A program made the translations under genes and the position numbers. This document shows, piece by piece, positions 40,979 through 50,823 of a DNA stretch of 64,000 nt. Positions within the stretch are counted from its first letter, which is position 1. Each line of letters begins with the position of its first letter. The stretch comes from an uncultured Nitrospiraceae bacterium (GTDB taxonomy: Bacteria > Nitrospirota > Nitrospiria > Nitrospirales > Nitrospiraceae), in contig CAWJWJ010000001.1 in NCBI GenBank assembly GCA_963846575.1, positions 192,001 to 256,000 of the forward strand. Direction: 5' to 3'. The notes beneath the pieces were generated by a model. That model saw only the letters and a program-made list of their open reading frames with translations, did no database searches and was not told the DNA's origin.

Positions 40979-41377
40979 TCACGAACCTCGGGGAGCGGAT
41001 CGGCGTTGCGACGCCGCCAGCGCAGCGGTGATCGCGGTCTTCTTGCGGAGGCGTTCGCCGGCCGCAACCGTCCGCTGCAGGTCTTTTGAGGTCTTCGACG
41101 TGTCGGGAGCGGCGGCTTGCCGCTGCCCTTCCTTCATCGCGCGGGTCACCGTGTCCTTCTTGCGTTGACGTTGTGCCGATTCAACGGTCCGCTGCAATGC
41201 GGGGGCGTTGGGTGATGTGCCTGCCGCCGCCTTTCGTTGGGATGCCTCCATCGCATTCGTGATGGTAGCCTTCTGCTGCTGCCGTTTTGCGAGCGACACC
41301 TTTCGCCCCAGCGCGCCGCTTTGGGGAGCCTTCTTGTTACCTGGCTTGGCCGGTGAGGTTCCTTTGCGTGCTTTCAT
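40979..41377 (-). CDS. Small highly basic protein with three ~39-aa repeats
   Basis: AAAGGAG SD; K/R/A/Q-rich; repeated L.R.V....R..KK..IT.AM..SQR.AA. Confidence 0.65.
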   Translation of the reverse strand: MKARKGTSPAKPGNKKAPQSGALGRKVSLAKRQQQKATITNAMEASQRKAAAGTSPNAPALQRTVESAQRQRKKDTVTRAMKEGQRQAAAPDTSKTSKDLQRTVAAGERLRKKTAITAALAASQRRSAPRGS

Positions 41378-41737
41378 GAACGAATCTCCTTTCCCTGATG
41401 AATGATTCGAACTTCGCCGCTTGAGCGAAGCCGCGATAGGCGGTGACCACCTGTTCCAATGACCGGCAACCATAGGACCCATATTGGTTTCGACAGACGG
41501 CCCCGCCGCACACCCGGGCAGCGGGCGGCACTGCGTCCGGGACTGTCTATCGCGTCGGCATTATAACAAGGCCGGGCGGTTGCTGAACGATCAATCGTAG
41601 GGTTGGGAAGGACGCTACACGGCATGGCCCGGCAAAGGCTGCTGCTCGGTGCACGCCCTACTCATGCGATGGCGGCGCGACGATCGAGATCAGGTCTGGG
41701 CACGGTCAGGTCGAGACGGTGCGGGAAGGGATTGAGG

Positions 41738-42442
41738 TCAGTCGAGGCAGGGTAACACGAACAAACCGGACCGATGGCCATAGAGCAATAGTTGCTGTCT
41801 GCTCTTGACGCCCAGTTTATCGAAGATGCTCGTGACGTGGTGGCGCACCGTGATATCGGAAATGCCAAGCAGTGCGGCAATATCCTTATTCGAAAGCCCT
41901 TGACCAATCCCGAGGATCACCTCACGCTCTCGTTCGGTCAGGATGTTCGGCCACCGCTTCTCTGCCGGAGCGGTCTTTACAATTCCCCCGGCCACTTCCC
42001 CCGAGGCCAGGTTGAGCAGCCTCCCAGCAATCAGGCGTTCCTCCGGTTGGGCAGATTGCCCGAGGCTGTCGATCGTCGCGATCAGCACCACGGCCGGCTG
42101 GACCGTCAGCACGATCGCATCGACCTCAACCGGGACCCGCCCGCCGGTTGGACATTCCCCGCCCAATCCGCAGAGCGCGACAATCTTCGCATCGACCGCG
42201 ACCTCCTTGATCAGGCGAACCAATGCCGGCAGATCGCACGTGGATTCCGTATCGATCAGCACGACCTGGGGTTTGGCATGCAGCAGCAGGACTGAGGTCG
42301 CCTCGAGGCTATGGGCATGTCCGACCAGATGAAGATGCGCGGCCGCTGTCATGGCCTGTTGCAACCCAAGCCATAGGAGATCCTGACCGGTGACGACTGC
42401 GACGCGAAGCGGCTCGCAAGCGACGATCGTGTGGCTCATCAC
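41738..42442 (-). CDS. LuxR/NarL-type regulator with degenerate receiver domain
   Basis: C-terminal LTEREREVI..GLSNKDIA..LGISDITVRHH HTH; the receiver lacks the acidic pocket and the conserved Lys. Confidence 0.85.
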   Translation of the reverse strand: MMSHTIVACEPLRVAVVTGQDLLWLGLQQAMTAAAHLHLVGHAHSLEATSVLLLHAKPQVVLIDTESTCDLPALVRLIKEVAVDAKIVALCGLGGECPTGGRVPVEVDAIVLTVQPAVVLIATIDSLGQSAQPEERLIAGRLLNLASGEVAGGIVKTAPAEKRWPNILTEREREVILGIGQGLSNKDIAALLGISDITVRHHVTSIFDKLGVKSRQQLLLYGHRSGLFVLPCLD

Positions 42443-42547
42443 TCTTTCTCGACCTGATCCTCAGCGAGTATCGCCTTGGAAACGGCATCCTGAAAACACA
42501 TCGGCCACCCAGCCAGGACTCGGGCCCGCCCGGGCCCTCCCCGCCAC

Positions 42548-43432
42548 CTATGGCAGGCCGCGCTTCCGATGACCCGCCTTCTCCTGATCGTAGGAAAACC
42601 ACTCCACCGGACAATCTGCCTGCGTGAGGGTTGACGGCCTGCTCCGAAGTCCATAATCAAGCGTGCAGAGGGGCTGTCTCAGTAAAATCATCCGTTCCAC
42701 CTGTTTCAGAATGCACTGCAGGGCCGCCTGCACGACGGGATTATCCGTCTTACCAAGGAGCGATTCGGCATGTCCGAGGATGACATTGAGCGGCGTGCCC
42801 ATTTCTCGAGCCAGGCTGCAGACATTCGCGCGCCAGGCCGTCACTTCCTCGATGAATTTCAGCTCGTCCAGCAGGTGTTGATCCTCGTCGGCCTGCCCCG
42901 AAGGCATGAGGGTATTCAGGAGGAGTTCGCCGTGAGGGTCCTCCTGCCCTGCCGCCTCCACATATTCGTCACGTTGCCCGAGGGACGCCTCCATGACGAG
43001 CTCGAGCTCACGAAAGACCACTTTGAGCAGGGCGCTCCACACCGTTCGGTGCACAGAGGGCTGGTCAGCGAATTGTTCATGGACCAGCGGTTGCAGAGCG
43101 GTGGCGAAATGGGTCAGCGAGCGAAGGTGCCAGCCGGCGCCGAGACCGAACGGGTCTTGATACGCTGACTCATGCCCATTGCCGCCCTCGAACCGGCCGG
43201 GTGATTCCGTCGTCAAGAGATCGAGCAGGTACTGGCGCTGCGACTGCTGGAGTCGCTCCACTGCGAGGGAACTCTCCAGCAGCCACGCGTGGCAGGGGTC
43301 GCTGCCGAGTTGAAGCACCAGGGTCTCGAGAATGAGGTCGAGATGGCGGAAGACGAGCGGCCGAAGGAGAGTGAGCGAAGCCCGTTCTTCTTGGCTGAGG
43401 AGCAGCTGATCTTCGCGCCCGCGACCTTCCAT
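42548..43432 (-). CDS. Degenerate protoglobin + DHp-like protein
   Basis: Globin-sensor-like LRPLVFRHLD..VERLQQSQRQYL..GLGAGWHL..ALLKVVF, then SLAREMGTPLNVILG (H-box without His); no ATPase domain. Confidence 0.6.
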   Translation of the reverse strand: MEGRGREDQLLLSQEERASLTLLRPLVFRHLDLILETLVLQLGSDPCHAWLLESSLAVERLQQSQRQYLLDLLTTESPGRFEGGNGHESAYQDPFGLGAGWHLRSLTHFATALQPLVHEQFADQPSVHRTVWSALLKVVFRELELVMEASLGQRDEYVEAAGQEDPHGELLLNTLMPSGQADEDQHLLDELKFIEEVTAWRANVCSLAREMGTPLNVILGHAESLLGKTDNPVVQAALQCILKQVERMILLRQPLCTLDYGLRSRPSTLTQADCPVEWFSYDQEKAGHRKRGLP

Positions 43433-43539
43433 CACGGCCTCCCTGTTGTCACGACGTTGCAATCCGGCATCCGCATCATGCCTTGAACCATCCCACGCCT
43501 GCGGTGGCAGGAATATCGACGACTGGAAATCGCGCCGGG

Positions 43540-43971
43540 TCACAGTGACTTCACAACCGGCTCGGCTTCCGTTTCCTGCATTCCCACCCCTTGTCCAACG
43601 TAGCTCTCTCCGGCTAACACATGGAGTACCGCTTGAGGCAACTCGGCGACCGCGCACCGTTTGAGTACATAGCCGGAGGCGCCTGCATCAAACGCCAAGG
43701 ACACATAGGCGGACGATCGATAGAGCGTGAGAATGATCACCTTGCTCGCCGGCGTACAGTCCCTCAGAGCCCGCGTCGCATCGAGGCCATTGAGGCCGGG
43801 CATCGAGATATCAGTAATGATGACGTCGGGGTGCAGACGTCGGGCCACGTCCACGAGCGAGAGACCATCCGTGACGGTCTCCACCACCTCACCCAGGTCT
43901 CTGAGGAGATACCGCAAGGCCTCCAGGATATTGGGATGGGCGTCCGCGAGGATGATACGTGGCTGGTTCAT
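43540..43971 (-). CDS. Single-domain response regulator (NarL-type receiver without HTH)
   Basis: LADAH, ITDISMPGLNG, LT, GASGYVLK; ends where the linker to the HTH would begin. Confidence 0.8.
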   Translation of the reverse strand: MNQPRIILADAHPNILEALRYLLRDLGEVVETVTDGLSLVDVARRLHPDVIITDISMPGLNGLDATRALRDCTPASKVIILTLYRSSAYVSLAFDAGASGYVLKRCAVAELPQAVLHVLAGESYVGQGVGMQETEAEPVVKSL

Positions 43972-44368
43972 GGCGTTCTTCGTTCCATCGGCGGGCGAAT
44001 CGTAAGCGTTCAGCTTTTTGCCTCATACTAGGAAAAACCAGTGGAAGACGGGGGCAATGTTACCAGCGGGCTACTGGGGGCTCAGCCAGCGACAGGACCA
44101 CACCGGCGACGATGAACGTTTCGACCAATACGTAGAATACAGGGCATCGACTTGTCGCCATTCATCGGACGACCGTGCGATGGCGGAGGCCAGGGACCGG
44201 CGGTTGTTGGGACAGTAGACGGCTTCCGGCTCCTGGAGACAACAGATCCCGGAGAGGAACGGGACCCTCGACAGTCTGCGGGGCCATGACGTTGAGTCCG
44301 GAGCGCGTGATGGAGTGGAACACCGGGAGAAGGTGCGGGAACCAACCGACGGATGCGACGAGGGCCGC

Positions 44369-45016
44369 TTAGATGCCGATGAGTCCTTCGGTCAACGCAT
44401 ATTTGGTCAGCTCGGCGGTGGAATGGAGATCCAGCTGCCGCATGATCCCCGCCTTATGAAACTCGACCGTCTTGACCGTCACATTGAGGATGCTGGCGAT
44501 CTGCTTGGTGCCCCGGCCCTCCGCGACCAGTTGGAGCACCTCCCGTTGGCGGCAGGTCAGGGTCGTGGACCCGGAGTCGCCGCGTTTGCCCACCGTTTTC
44601 TTCAGGACCGCACCCAGCACGTCTTTCGTGATCAGCGGCGTGAGGTAGTGCTGACCATGCAGCACCGACTCCATGGCCTGATGCAGTTCTGAGGCGGCGC
44701 TGCGTTTCAGTAAATACCCGGAAGCTCCTGCCTGAAACGCCTCCGTCGCATAGGTGGGGCTGGCATGCATGGTCAAAAAGATCAGCTTGACCTCGGGCAT
44801 GAGCCGTCCTAACTGGCGGGCGGCATCCAGGCCGTTCAGTAGCGGCATCGCAATATCCAGCAGGATCAGATCGGGTTTCAATCGCTGGGCCGCCTCGATC
44901 AACGCTCGTCCGTCCTCGACGGTGGCCACCACCTCACATTCGCTTTCGACCAGTTTTCTCAGGCCCGCCAGAATCAGCGAATGGTCGTCAGCCATAATCA
45001 CGCGCGGCCGTTTCAT
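44369..45016 (-). CDS. NarL/LuxR family DNA-binding response regulator
   Basis: MADDH, LLDIAMP, LTMH, GYLLK, LTCRQREVLQL..TVEFHK; ATGA overlap with the upstream kinase. Confidence 0.95.
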   Translation of the reverse strand: MKRPRVIMADDHSLILAGLRKLVESECEVVATVEDGRALIEAAQRLKPDLILLDIAMPLLNGLDAARQLGRLMPEVKLIFLTMHASPTYATEAFQAGASGYLLKRSAASELHQAMESVLHGQHYLTPLITKDVLGAVLKKTVGKRGDSGSTTLTCRQREVLQLVAEGRGTKQIASILNVTVKTVEFHKAGIMRQLDLHSTAELTKYALTEGLIGI

Positions 45017-47067
45017 GTGTCCCCCCAATTCCGCGGCACCCAGGCGCAGATCTTCGTGCCATGGCCCGCTAAAGAATGCACTCGAAAGAACCCGCCCAGG
45101 AGACGCAGCCGCTCCTGCATGCTGAGCAACCCGAGGCCTTTGGCGCGGGAGGTTCGATTCGCAGGATCGAATCCTTTTCCGTTATCGCGGACGGACAGGC
45201 CGAATCCTTTGGAAGACCCGCTCAGACTCACCGTCGCGCGGGTTGCCTGGGCATGTTTGAACACATTCTGAAGGCTCTCCTGCAAGACGCGAAACAGATT
45301 GGTGGCTATCTCCGACGTCAGATGCTCAGGAATGTGCCGGGCGACAATCTGCACCGGCAATCCGGTGCGCTGCGAAAACTCTTCCACATAGTCTCGCGCG
45401 GCGACCTCCAACCCCACATGCTCGAGCAGTGAGGGATGCAGCCGGTAGGCCATATCGTGCAGATCATCGGAGAGCTGGCCGACCTGGCCGCGCAGGGCCG
45501 TGAGCTGCTGCGCCAACGGCAGCCCGTCCGGCCCCGCGGCCTGCTCCATGGTTTCCAGCTCTACGGACAAGGCCGCCAGCCGCTGGTTGAAATCATCATG
45601 CAGCTCCCGGGCAATCCTCCGCCGCTCCTGCTCTTGTGCCTCGAGGAGTTTTCCGGCCAGGGATTCCAGTTCAACTCGCTGTTTGCCGAGCAGCACCACA
45701 TGGTCTTCCAGGGCCCGGGCCATTCGCACACGTTCGGAAATATCCACATGCGAAATGACGACCGCGCCGGAGCCTTTCAGCACCTTCACGCGCATGACGA
45801 ACCAATGTTGTTCCGTCGGCGAATGACAGGCATATTCCGTTGAAAAGTAGGGTCGGGATCCCGCCAAAACCGATTCAATACCACGCAGAATCTCTGCAAC
45901 CGTGGGATCCCCGCCGACGATCGCTTTCCGGCAGATATCGAGATAATTGTCTCCGACGTCCGCCTTCGCGACCGCTCTGTCCGAGTTGTGACCGGCAAAT
46001 TCTGTCCAGGCCTCATTGACCTTGAGAATGACCCCATGCCTGTCCAGCACACAGACATGCGAAGACAAAGAATCAAAAATAGCGTTACTGAAGGCGTCGC
46101 TGGCCCGTAGCGCCTCATCTGCCGCCTTCCGCTCGCTGATATCCCGGAGGATGACGGTCAGCAACAGCCGGCCATTGACGTTGACCCGCGAAATGGACGC
46201 CTCGATGGGAAATTCCTCCCCGTTGGCCCGGAGACCGCGCAATTCCCCCATGCCCCTCAGCGACCGCTGGGCTGTGCCGCTCTGAGCGAAGGCGGCGAGA
46301 TGCCCGGGATGGGCCTCCCGATACCGGGCAGGAAGGAACCGGTCGAGCGGCCGGCCGAGGGCATCGGCAGCGGCACAACCGAAGATGGCTTCCGCCGCGC
46401 GGTTGAACAGCACGACCTGCTGTTGGTCATCCAGCGTGATAATCGCATCCATCGCCGAATCGATCACGGCCTCGAGCTGTCGCTCCCGGCCGAACAGCTC
46501 CCGTTTGGCCTGCTGGTAATCGCTGACGTCCAACAGGGCCGTGCGGCAATGCATGACACCCCCGGGTTCCACTTCGAACGCGAGACTCTCGAGGTGCAGG
46601 TAGCGGACGCTGTCGCCTTGTTTCCGCAGCCGTACCTCGCAGGTTTGACGCAGGCATGTTCTGAACGCGACGTGACAATGTTCCTCAAACAACGCCTGAT
46701 CGTCCGGCTCGATAAAGAGAATAATCGGCGTGCCGATCAGATCCTGTCGCTGCACCTCCAGTAACATCGCCGCCCGTACGTTGGCCTCGGCGATCTTGCC
46801 GTGGGTATCCAGCGTGAGATGGCCGGCCGGAGAGAAGTCGTAGAGGTCCATGTACCGGTCACGCACCGCTTCGAGCTCGACCTGGGCACGGCGCAGTTCC
46901 TCATTCTGCATCTCCAACTCGATCCGGTGCACCTCCAGCTCCTGCACCACGCGCTCGATATCCTTGACCGCCATACGGGTCAGATCCTTCCTGGTCCCGC
47001 CGAGGCGTGCTTCGGCCCGCTGGCGCAGGTGCATCGAGTGCTCCGGGTTGTTCGACTGCTCCGGCAT
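45013..47067 (-). CDS. Three-PAS sensor histidine kinase (HisKA_3)
   Basis: N-terminal ELEVHRIELEMQNEELR coil, PAS domains, ARELHDDFNQ, NVFKHA, DNGKGF, GLGL. Confidence 0.92.
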   Translation of the reverse strand: MPEQSNNPEHSMHLRQRAEARLGGTRKDLTRMAVKDIERVVQELEVHRIELEMQNEELRRAQVELEAVRDRYMDLYDFSPAGHLTLDTHGKIAEANVRAAMLLEVQRQDLIGTPIILFIEPDDQALFEEHCHVAFRTCLRQTCEVRLRKQGDSVRYLHLESLAFEVEPGGVMHCRTALLDVSDYQQAKRELFGRERQLEAVIDSAMDAIITLDDQQQVVLFNRAAEAIFGCAAADALGRPLDRFLPARYREAHPGHLAAFAQSGTAQRSLRGMGELRGLRANGEEFPIEASISRVNVNGRLLLTVILRDISERKAADEALRASDAFSNAIFDSLSSHVCVLDRHGVILKVNEAWTEFAGHNSDRAVAKADVGDNYLDICRKAIVGGDPTVAEILRGIESVLAGSRPYFSTEYACHSPTEQHWFVMRVKVLKGSGAVVISHVDISERVRMARALEDHVVLLGKQRVELESLAGKLLEAQEQERRRIARELHDDFNQRLAALSVELETMEQAAGPDGLPLAQQLTALRGQVGQLSDDLHDMAYRLHPSLLEHVGLEVAARDYVEEFSQRTGLPVQIVARHIPEHLTSEIATNLFRVLQESLQNVFKHAQATRATVSLSGSSKGFGLSVRDNGKGFDPANRTSRAKGLGLLSMQERLRLLGGFFRVHSLAGHGTKICAWVPRNWGDT

Positions 47068-47124
47068 CACGTCTCCGATTGCCCGATAGTCACAGGAAGA
47101 TCCGCACTCACCACTGCCCTGAGC

Positions 47125-50100
47125 TCATTGCGCGTTGGAACCGTCATCAGGGATCTTCGATTCTTCCATCGCCAGTAAAATTCGCCCGGGCCGCGCTCCC
47201 TTCTGCTCGAGTTGACGCCCGTTCAGGGCCAGCACTCTCCGTCCGATGTGGGGAAAGGTCTGATCGAGCAGAAAATCCTCGAAGGAGGTGCGATTCGGCA
47301 GAATGTCTTCGAGCAGGGACCGCAGGCCCGGACTGTTCCACGCTCCGCCGCACAGATGGTACAGCAGTTGCTGCTCGACTTCCCGCGGGGCGACCCGGAA
47401 GAACTGGTAGAAGGTTCGATTGGCCGTGACCACCCGAAGCTGATCGTCCAGCATCAACACGGGCTCACGGACCGTTTCCACGATGCGGTCGGCAAGTCCG
47501 CGCGCAGCCAGGACGACCTGCTCCGCCTCTTTTATTTTGGTAATATCCACGAAGGTCAGGACCAGGCCGTCGATCGTGTTCTTTGACGTGCGATAGGGCA
47601 GGATCCGCATCAGAAACCAGCTGCCATCCGTGGACTGCACCTCCCGTTCCTGCGCCACCAGGGTCTGGAGCACCGACTGTGCATCCTCCAACATCCGGTC
47701 GTCGGCCACTTTGGACACAATATCCGATAACGGCCGTCCCACATCCGGCGCGATGAGATGGCTGACACGTTTGGCCTCGCTGGTGAACCGTTTCACGCGC
47801 AAGTCATTATCCAGAAAGATGGTCGCGACTTCCGTGCTGTTCAGGAGGTTCTGCAGGTCATCGTTCACCTCCGCCAGCGCGGCCAGCTTGCCCTGCAGTT
47901 CAGAGTTGACGGTCACCAATTCCTCGTTCATCGACTGCATTTCTTCTTTTGTCGTTTCCAGTTCCTCGTTAATGCTTTGCAGCTCTTCATTGGTGGACTG
48001 CATCTCTTCGTTGAAGGACTTCGACTCCTCATTGGCGATCTGGAGTTCATCGATCGTCCGTTGCAACCGGTGCCTGGTGTACTCCAATTCGTGCTGCAGG
48101 CTCTCATCGCCTTTCTTGGGTCCTCGCGCCCCGCGAACGGGCCGGCCCTTGGCCTCCGGTGTCCGGCTGTGGGGCTCCTCTTCAAACGTGATGAGCAGCA
48201 GCCCTCGAATGGCCGACGGTTCGTTCAGCTTCTTCACCCGGATCGTGGTGAAGGACTCGTCCCCGTTCGCCGAAACCTTCACTCCGCGACGGACCACTTC
48301 CAGCTCGGTGCCGACCGCCTGAGGAAGCAACGTCGCCAACTCATGCCGCAAGCCGTCTCGCGCCATGTCCAACACCTGATGGGTCGGCAGGCCCGGCGCC
48401 GGCTCGAGGTAGGCGCCCGTGCGGCCGTGGATATAGATGACCTTGCCGCGGTCGTTCACAATGACCGCGGCGGGCGCATACCGCGCCACCAACAGTCGTT
48501 GGATGACATCGGAGATCGACGCGAGTTGCGCAGGCGGAGACTGAGCCGGGCCGGGCTGCCGCAGCGGGGCCGAATCTCTGCCCGCCTCATGGGGAAGTCG
48601 TGACAGGTCGGGCAGCATGCCGGGCTCGTCCGTCCGGATGAACAGCTTCGATTTGCGATCCAGGGTCGAGAAGAGAGTCTCGAACCCCGCGATCGATTCG
48701 GAGGAACCCAGCAACAGGAGGCCGTGGGGATTCAACGCATAGTGGAAGAGCGGCAATACTTTGCGTTGGGCCGCGATGTCCAGATAGATGAGGAGATTAC
48801 GGCAGGACAAGAGATCGAGTTTCGTGAAGGGCGGGTCGCTGAGCAGATTGTGTTTGGCAAACACCACGAGATCACGAATCTCTTTCTTCACGCGATAACT
48901 GCTGTCCTCCTTGGTAAAGAACCGCTGCAGCCGCGCCGCCGTCAGATCTCCGGCAATTCCGACCGGATAGAGGCCGGCCCGCGCCGTCTGAATGGCCCGC
49001 TCGTCCAGGTCGGAGGCAAAAATATGTAAGAGGAGACGGCGCTTCCGGCGGGCCAGACATTCCACCAGGAGCATGGCCAACGAGTAGGCCTCCTCCCCCG
49101 TGGAACAGCCGGGCACCCAGACACGCAGGGTAGACCCATCCGGTATTTTCTCGACCAGGGCGGGCAAGCCCTTCTCCATCAGCGATTCGAAGGCCTGTGT
49201 ATCCCGGAAGAAACTTGTCACACCGATGAGCAGCTCATGAAACAGCGCATCGAGTTCCGTAGGGTGGTTTTGCACAAAATGAAGATATTGCCGAAGGTCC
49301 TCAATCTGATGCACGTTCATCCGGCGCTCGATCCGGCGCTGTATCGTGTTCTCTTTGTAGAGTGCGAAGTCACTCCTCGTGCGGTCGCGCAGGAGAATGT
49401 AAATTTTCTGCAGCGTCTGCGAGGCATCGCTTTCGGGGAGCGGCGTGAGGGGACGAAGCAGGCTCCGCGCGTAGGCCTGAATCGCCTCCGGCATTTGCGC
49501 GGGAGACTGCACGACATCGACCACCCCGGCCGCGATCGCGCTGCGGGGCATGCCTTGATATTTGGCGGACTGGGGGTCCTGGGCGATGGTCATGCCGGAC
49601 TCCGCCTTGATCGTTCGCAGCCCGAGGGTTCCGTCAGTCCCGGTGCCGGACAGGATAATGCCGATGGCGCATTGTTTCTGATCCTCCGCCAGCGAGCGAA
49701 AAAAATAATCGATCGGCAGCGGAACACGATCCACGCCATCCGTCTCCATGATATGTAGTACCCCATGCAGAATCGCGAGATGCGTCCCGCCCGGCGCCAG
49801 GTACACATGATTGGGGACCAGCGGCATCCCGTCCGCGGCTTCGACGACCGGCATGGCCGTGCACTTCCCCAAGAGGCTCGGGAGTAAGCTGACATGCCCC
49901 GCCTGCTGATGCGACACCACCACGAACGCGATCCCGCTCTCCGGAGGCATCTGCCGGAAGAACTCCTCCATGGATTCCAGCCCGCCGGCCGACGCGCCGA
50001 TCCCGACGGACAACAGACCCGGCACGGATTGAGAAAGGGTCTTGGAGGGGGCAGGATTTCGGGGAGTTCTCGGAGGAATGACTGGAGGTCGCCGGGCGCC

Positions 50101-50163
50101 CTTCGGGCTCTTGGCTGCCTTGGAGTGGGTCGTGCTCCCGGAAATTTTCCGCGCCCCGGCCAC
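47125..50163 (-). CDS. CheB methylesterase-CheR methyltransferase-coiled coil-PAS fusion (copy 1)
   Basis: GASAGG / SH / SGTGTDG triad; [33 protein letters not shown] heptads; PAS domains. Start uncertain (50163-50199). Confidence 0.92.
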   Translation of the reverse strand: MAGARKISGSTTHSKAAKSPKGARRPPVIPPRTPRNPAPSKTLSQSVPGLLSVGIGASAGGLESMEEFFRQMPPESGIAFVVVSHQQAGHVSLLPSLLGKCTAMPVVEAADGMPLVPNHVYLAPGGTHLAILHGVLHIMETDGVDRVPLPIDYFFRSLAEDQKQCAIGIILSGTGTDGTLGLRTIKAESGMTIAQDPQSAKYQGMPRSAIAAGVVDVVQSPAQMPEAIQAYARSLLRPLTPLPESDASQTLQKIYILLRDRTRSDFALYKENTIQRRIERRMNVHQIEDLRQYLHFVQNHPTELDALFHELLIGVTSFFRDTQAFESLMEKGLPALVEKIPDGSTLRVWVPGCSTGEEAYSLAMLLVECLARRKRRLLLHIFASDLDERAIQTARAGLYPVGIAGDLTAARLQRFFTKEDSSYRVKKEIRDLVVFAKHNLLSDPPFTKLDLLSCRNLLIYLDIAAQRKVLPLFHYALNPHGLLLLGSSESIAGFETLFSTLDRKSKLFIRTDEPGMLPDLSRLPHEAGRDSAPLRQPGPAQSPPAQLASISDVIQRLLVARYAPAAVIVNDRGKVIYIHGRTGAYLEPAPGLPTHQVLDMARDGLRHELATLLPQAVGTELEVVRRGVKVSANGDESFTTIRVKKLNEPSAIRGLLLITFEEEPHSRTPEAKGRPVRGARGPKKGDESLQHELEYTRHRLQRTIDELQIANEESKSFNEEMQSTNEELQSINEELETTKEEMQSMNEELVTVNSELQGKLAALAEVNDDLQNLLNSTEVATIFLDNDLRVKRFTSEAKRVSHLIAPDVGRPLSDIVSKVADDRMLEDAQSVLQTLVAQEREVQSTDGSWFLMRILPYRTSKNTIDGLVLTFVDITKIKEAEQVVLAARGLADRIVETVREPVLMLDDQLRVVTANRTFYQFFRVAPREVEQQLLYHLCGGAWNSPGLRSLLEDILPNRTSFEDFLLDQTFPHIGRRVLALNGRQLEQKGARPGRILLAMEESKIPDDGSNAQ

Positions 50164-50447
50164 AGAAGCCTCACCGTAAAAAAAGAATCCGCCTCTCACG
50201 TTGTGTGCAAGACGGCATAAGGCAGGTGGATCAGGGGCGCAAGTCTAAGCCTTTTCAGCATTTCCCACAAGCATGAAGCCGGAGCGGGAGGCCCTAGTAG
50301 CCTTCTCATTTGAAAACTAGGGCGGCTCCCAGTGTTCGAGTGAAGCAATTCCGCATACAAGGATGTTGCATCCTGTCCATCCCATGCGCTGCGGCCCGTG
50401 GGATGACGCACAAACGAATGATCATTTCGAGATTAGGAATCGACGCC

Positions 50448-50774
50448 ATGGCTCATACAGATCCTCTGGAACTGGCTATCCGCAAGGAACTCGGCCGGGT
50501 CTACCTTTGCACCCTGGACGAATTGAGCGCCCTGCTGGACCGGTTTCCCGCTGCGCAGGTCGCCGCAACCGTGGAGCGCCTGACAGGTGAAGGAGCGATC
50601 GCCTGCCGGAATTCCGACGCGTCCCGTTGCATTCTCTGGCTTCCACCGACCAGGGCCGGTCGGCGAGGATTCGAAGAGTCGCCAACGGCGGAAACGCCCG
50701 ATTCGGGCTTTGCAGAGACGCACCTGGCTCCAGACGCATGGACGGCATCCGCTGCTTCGTCGGGGAAGTTGTGA
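50448..50774 (+). CDS. Small hypothetical protein, winged-helix-like
   Basis: CTLDELSALL..AQVAATVERLTGEGAI pattern. Confidence 0.55.
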   Translation: MAHTDPLELAIRKELGRVYLCTLDELSALLDRFPAAQVAATVERLTGEGAIACRNSDASRCILWLPPTRAGRRGFEESPTAETPDSGFAETHLAPDAWTASAASSGKL

Positions 50775-50823
50775 GGGGAACGAGGATCCGGGTTACCGTG
50801 CGAACGTCCGAATGGAGATTGTG

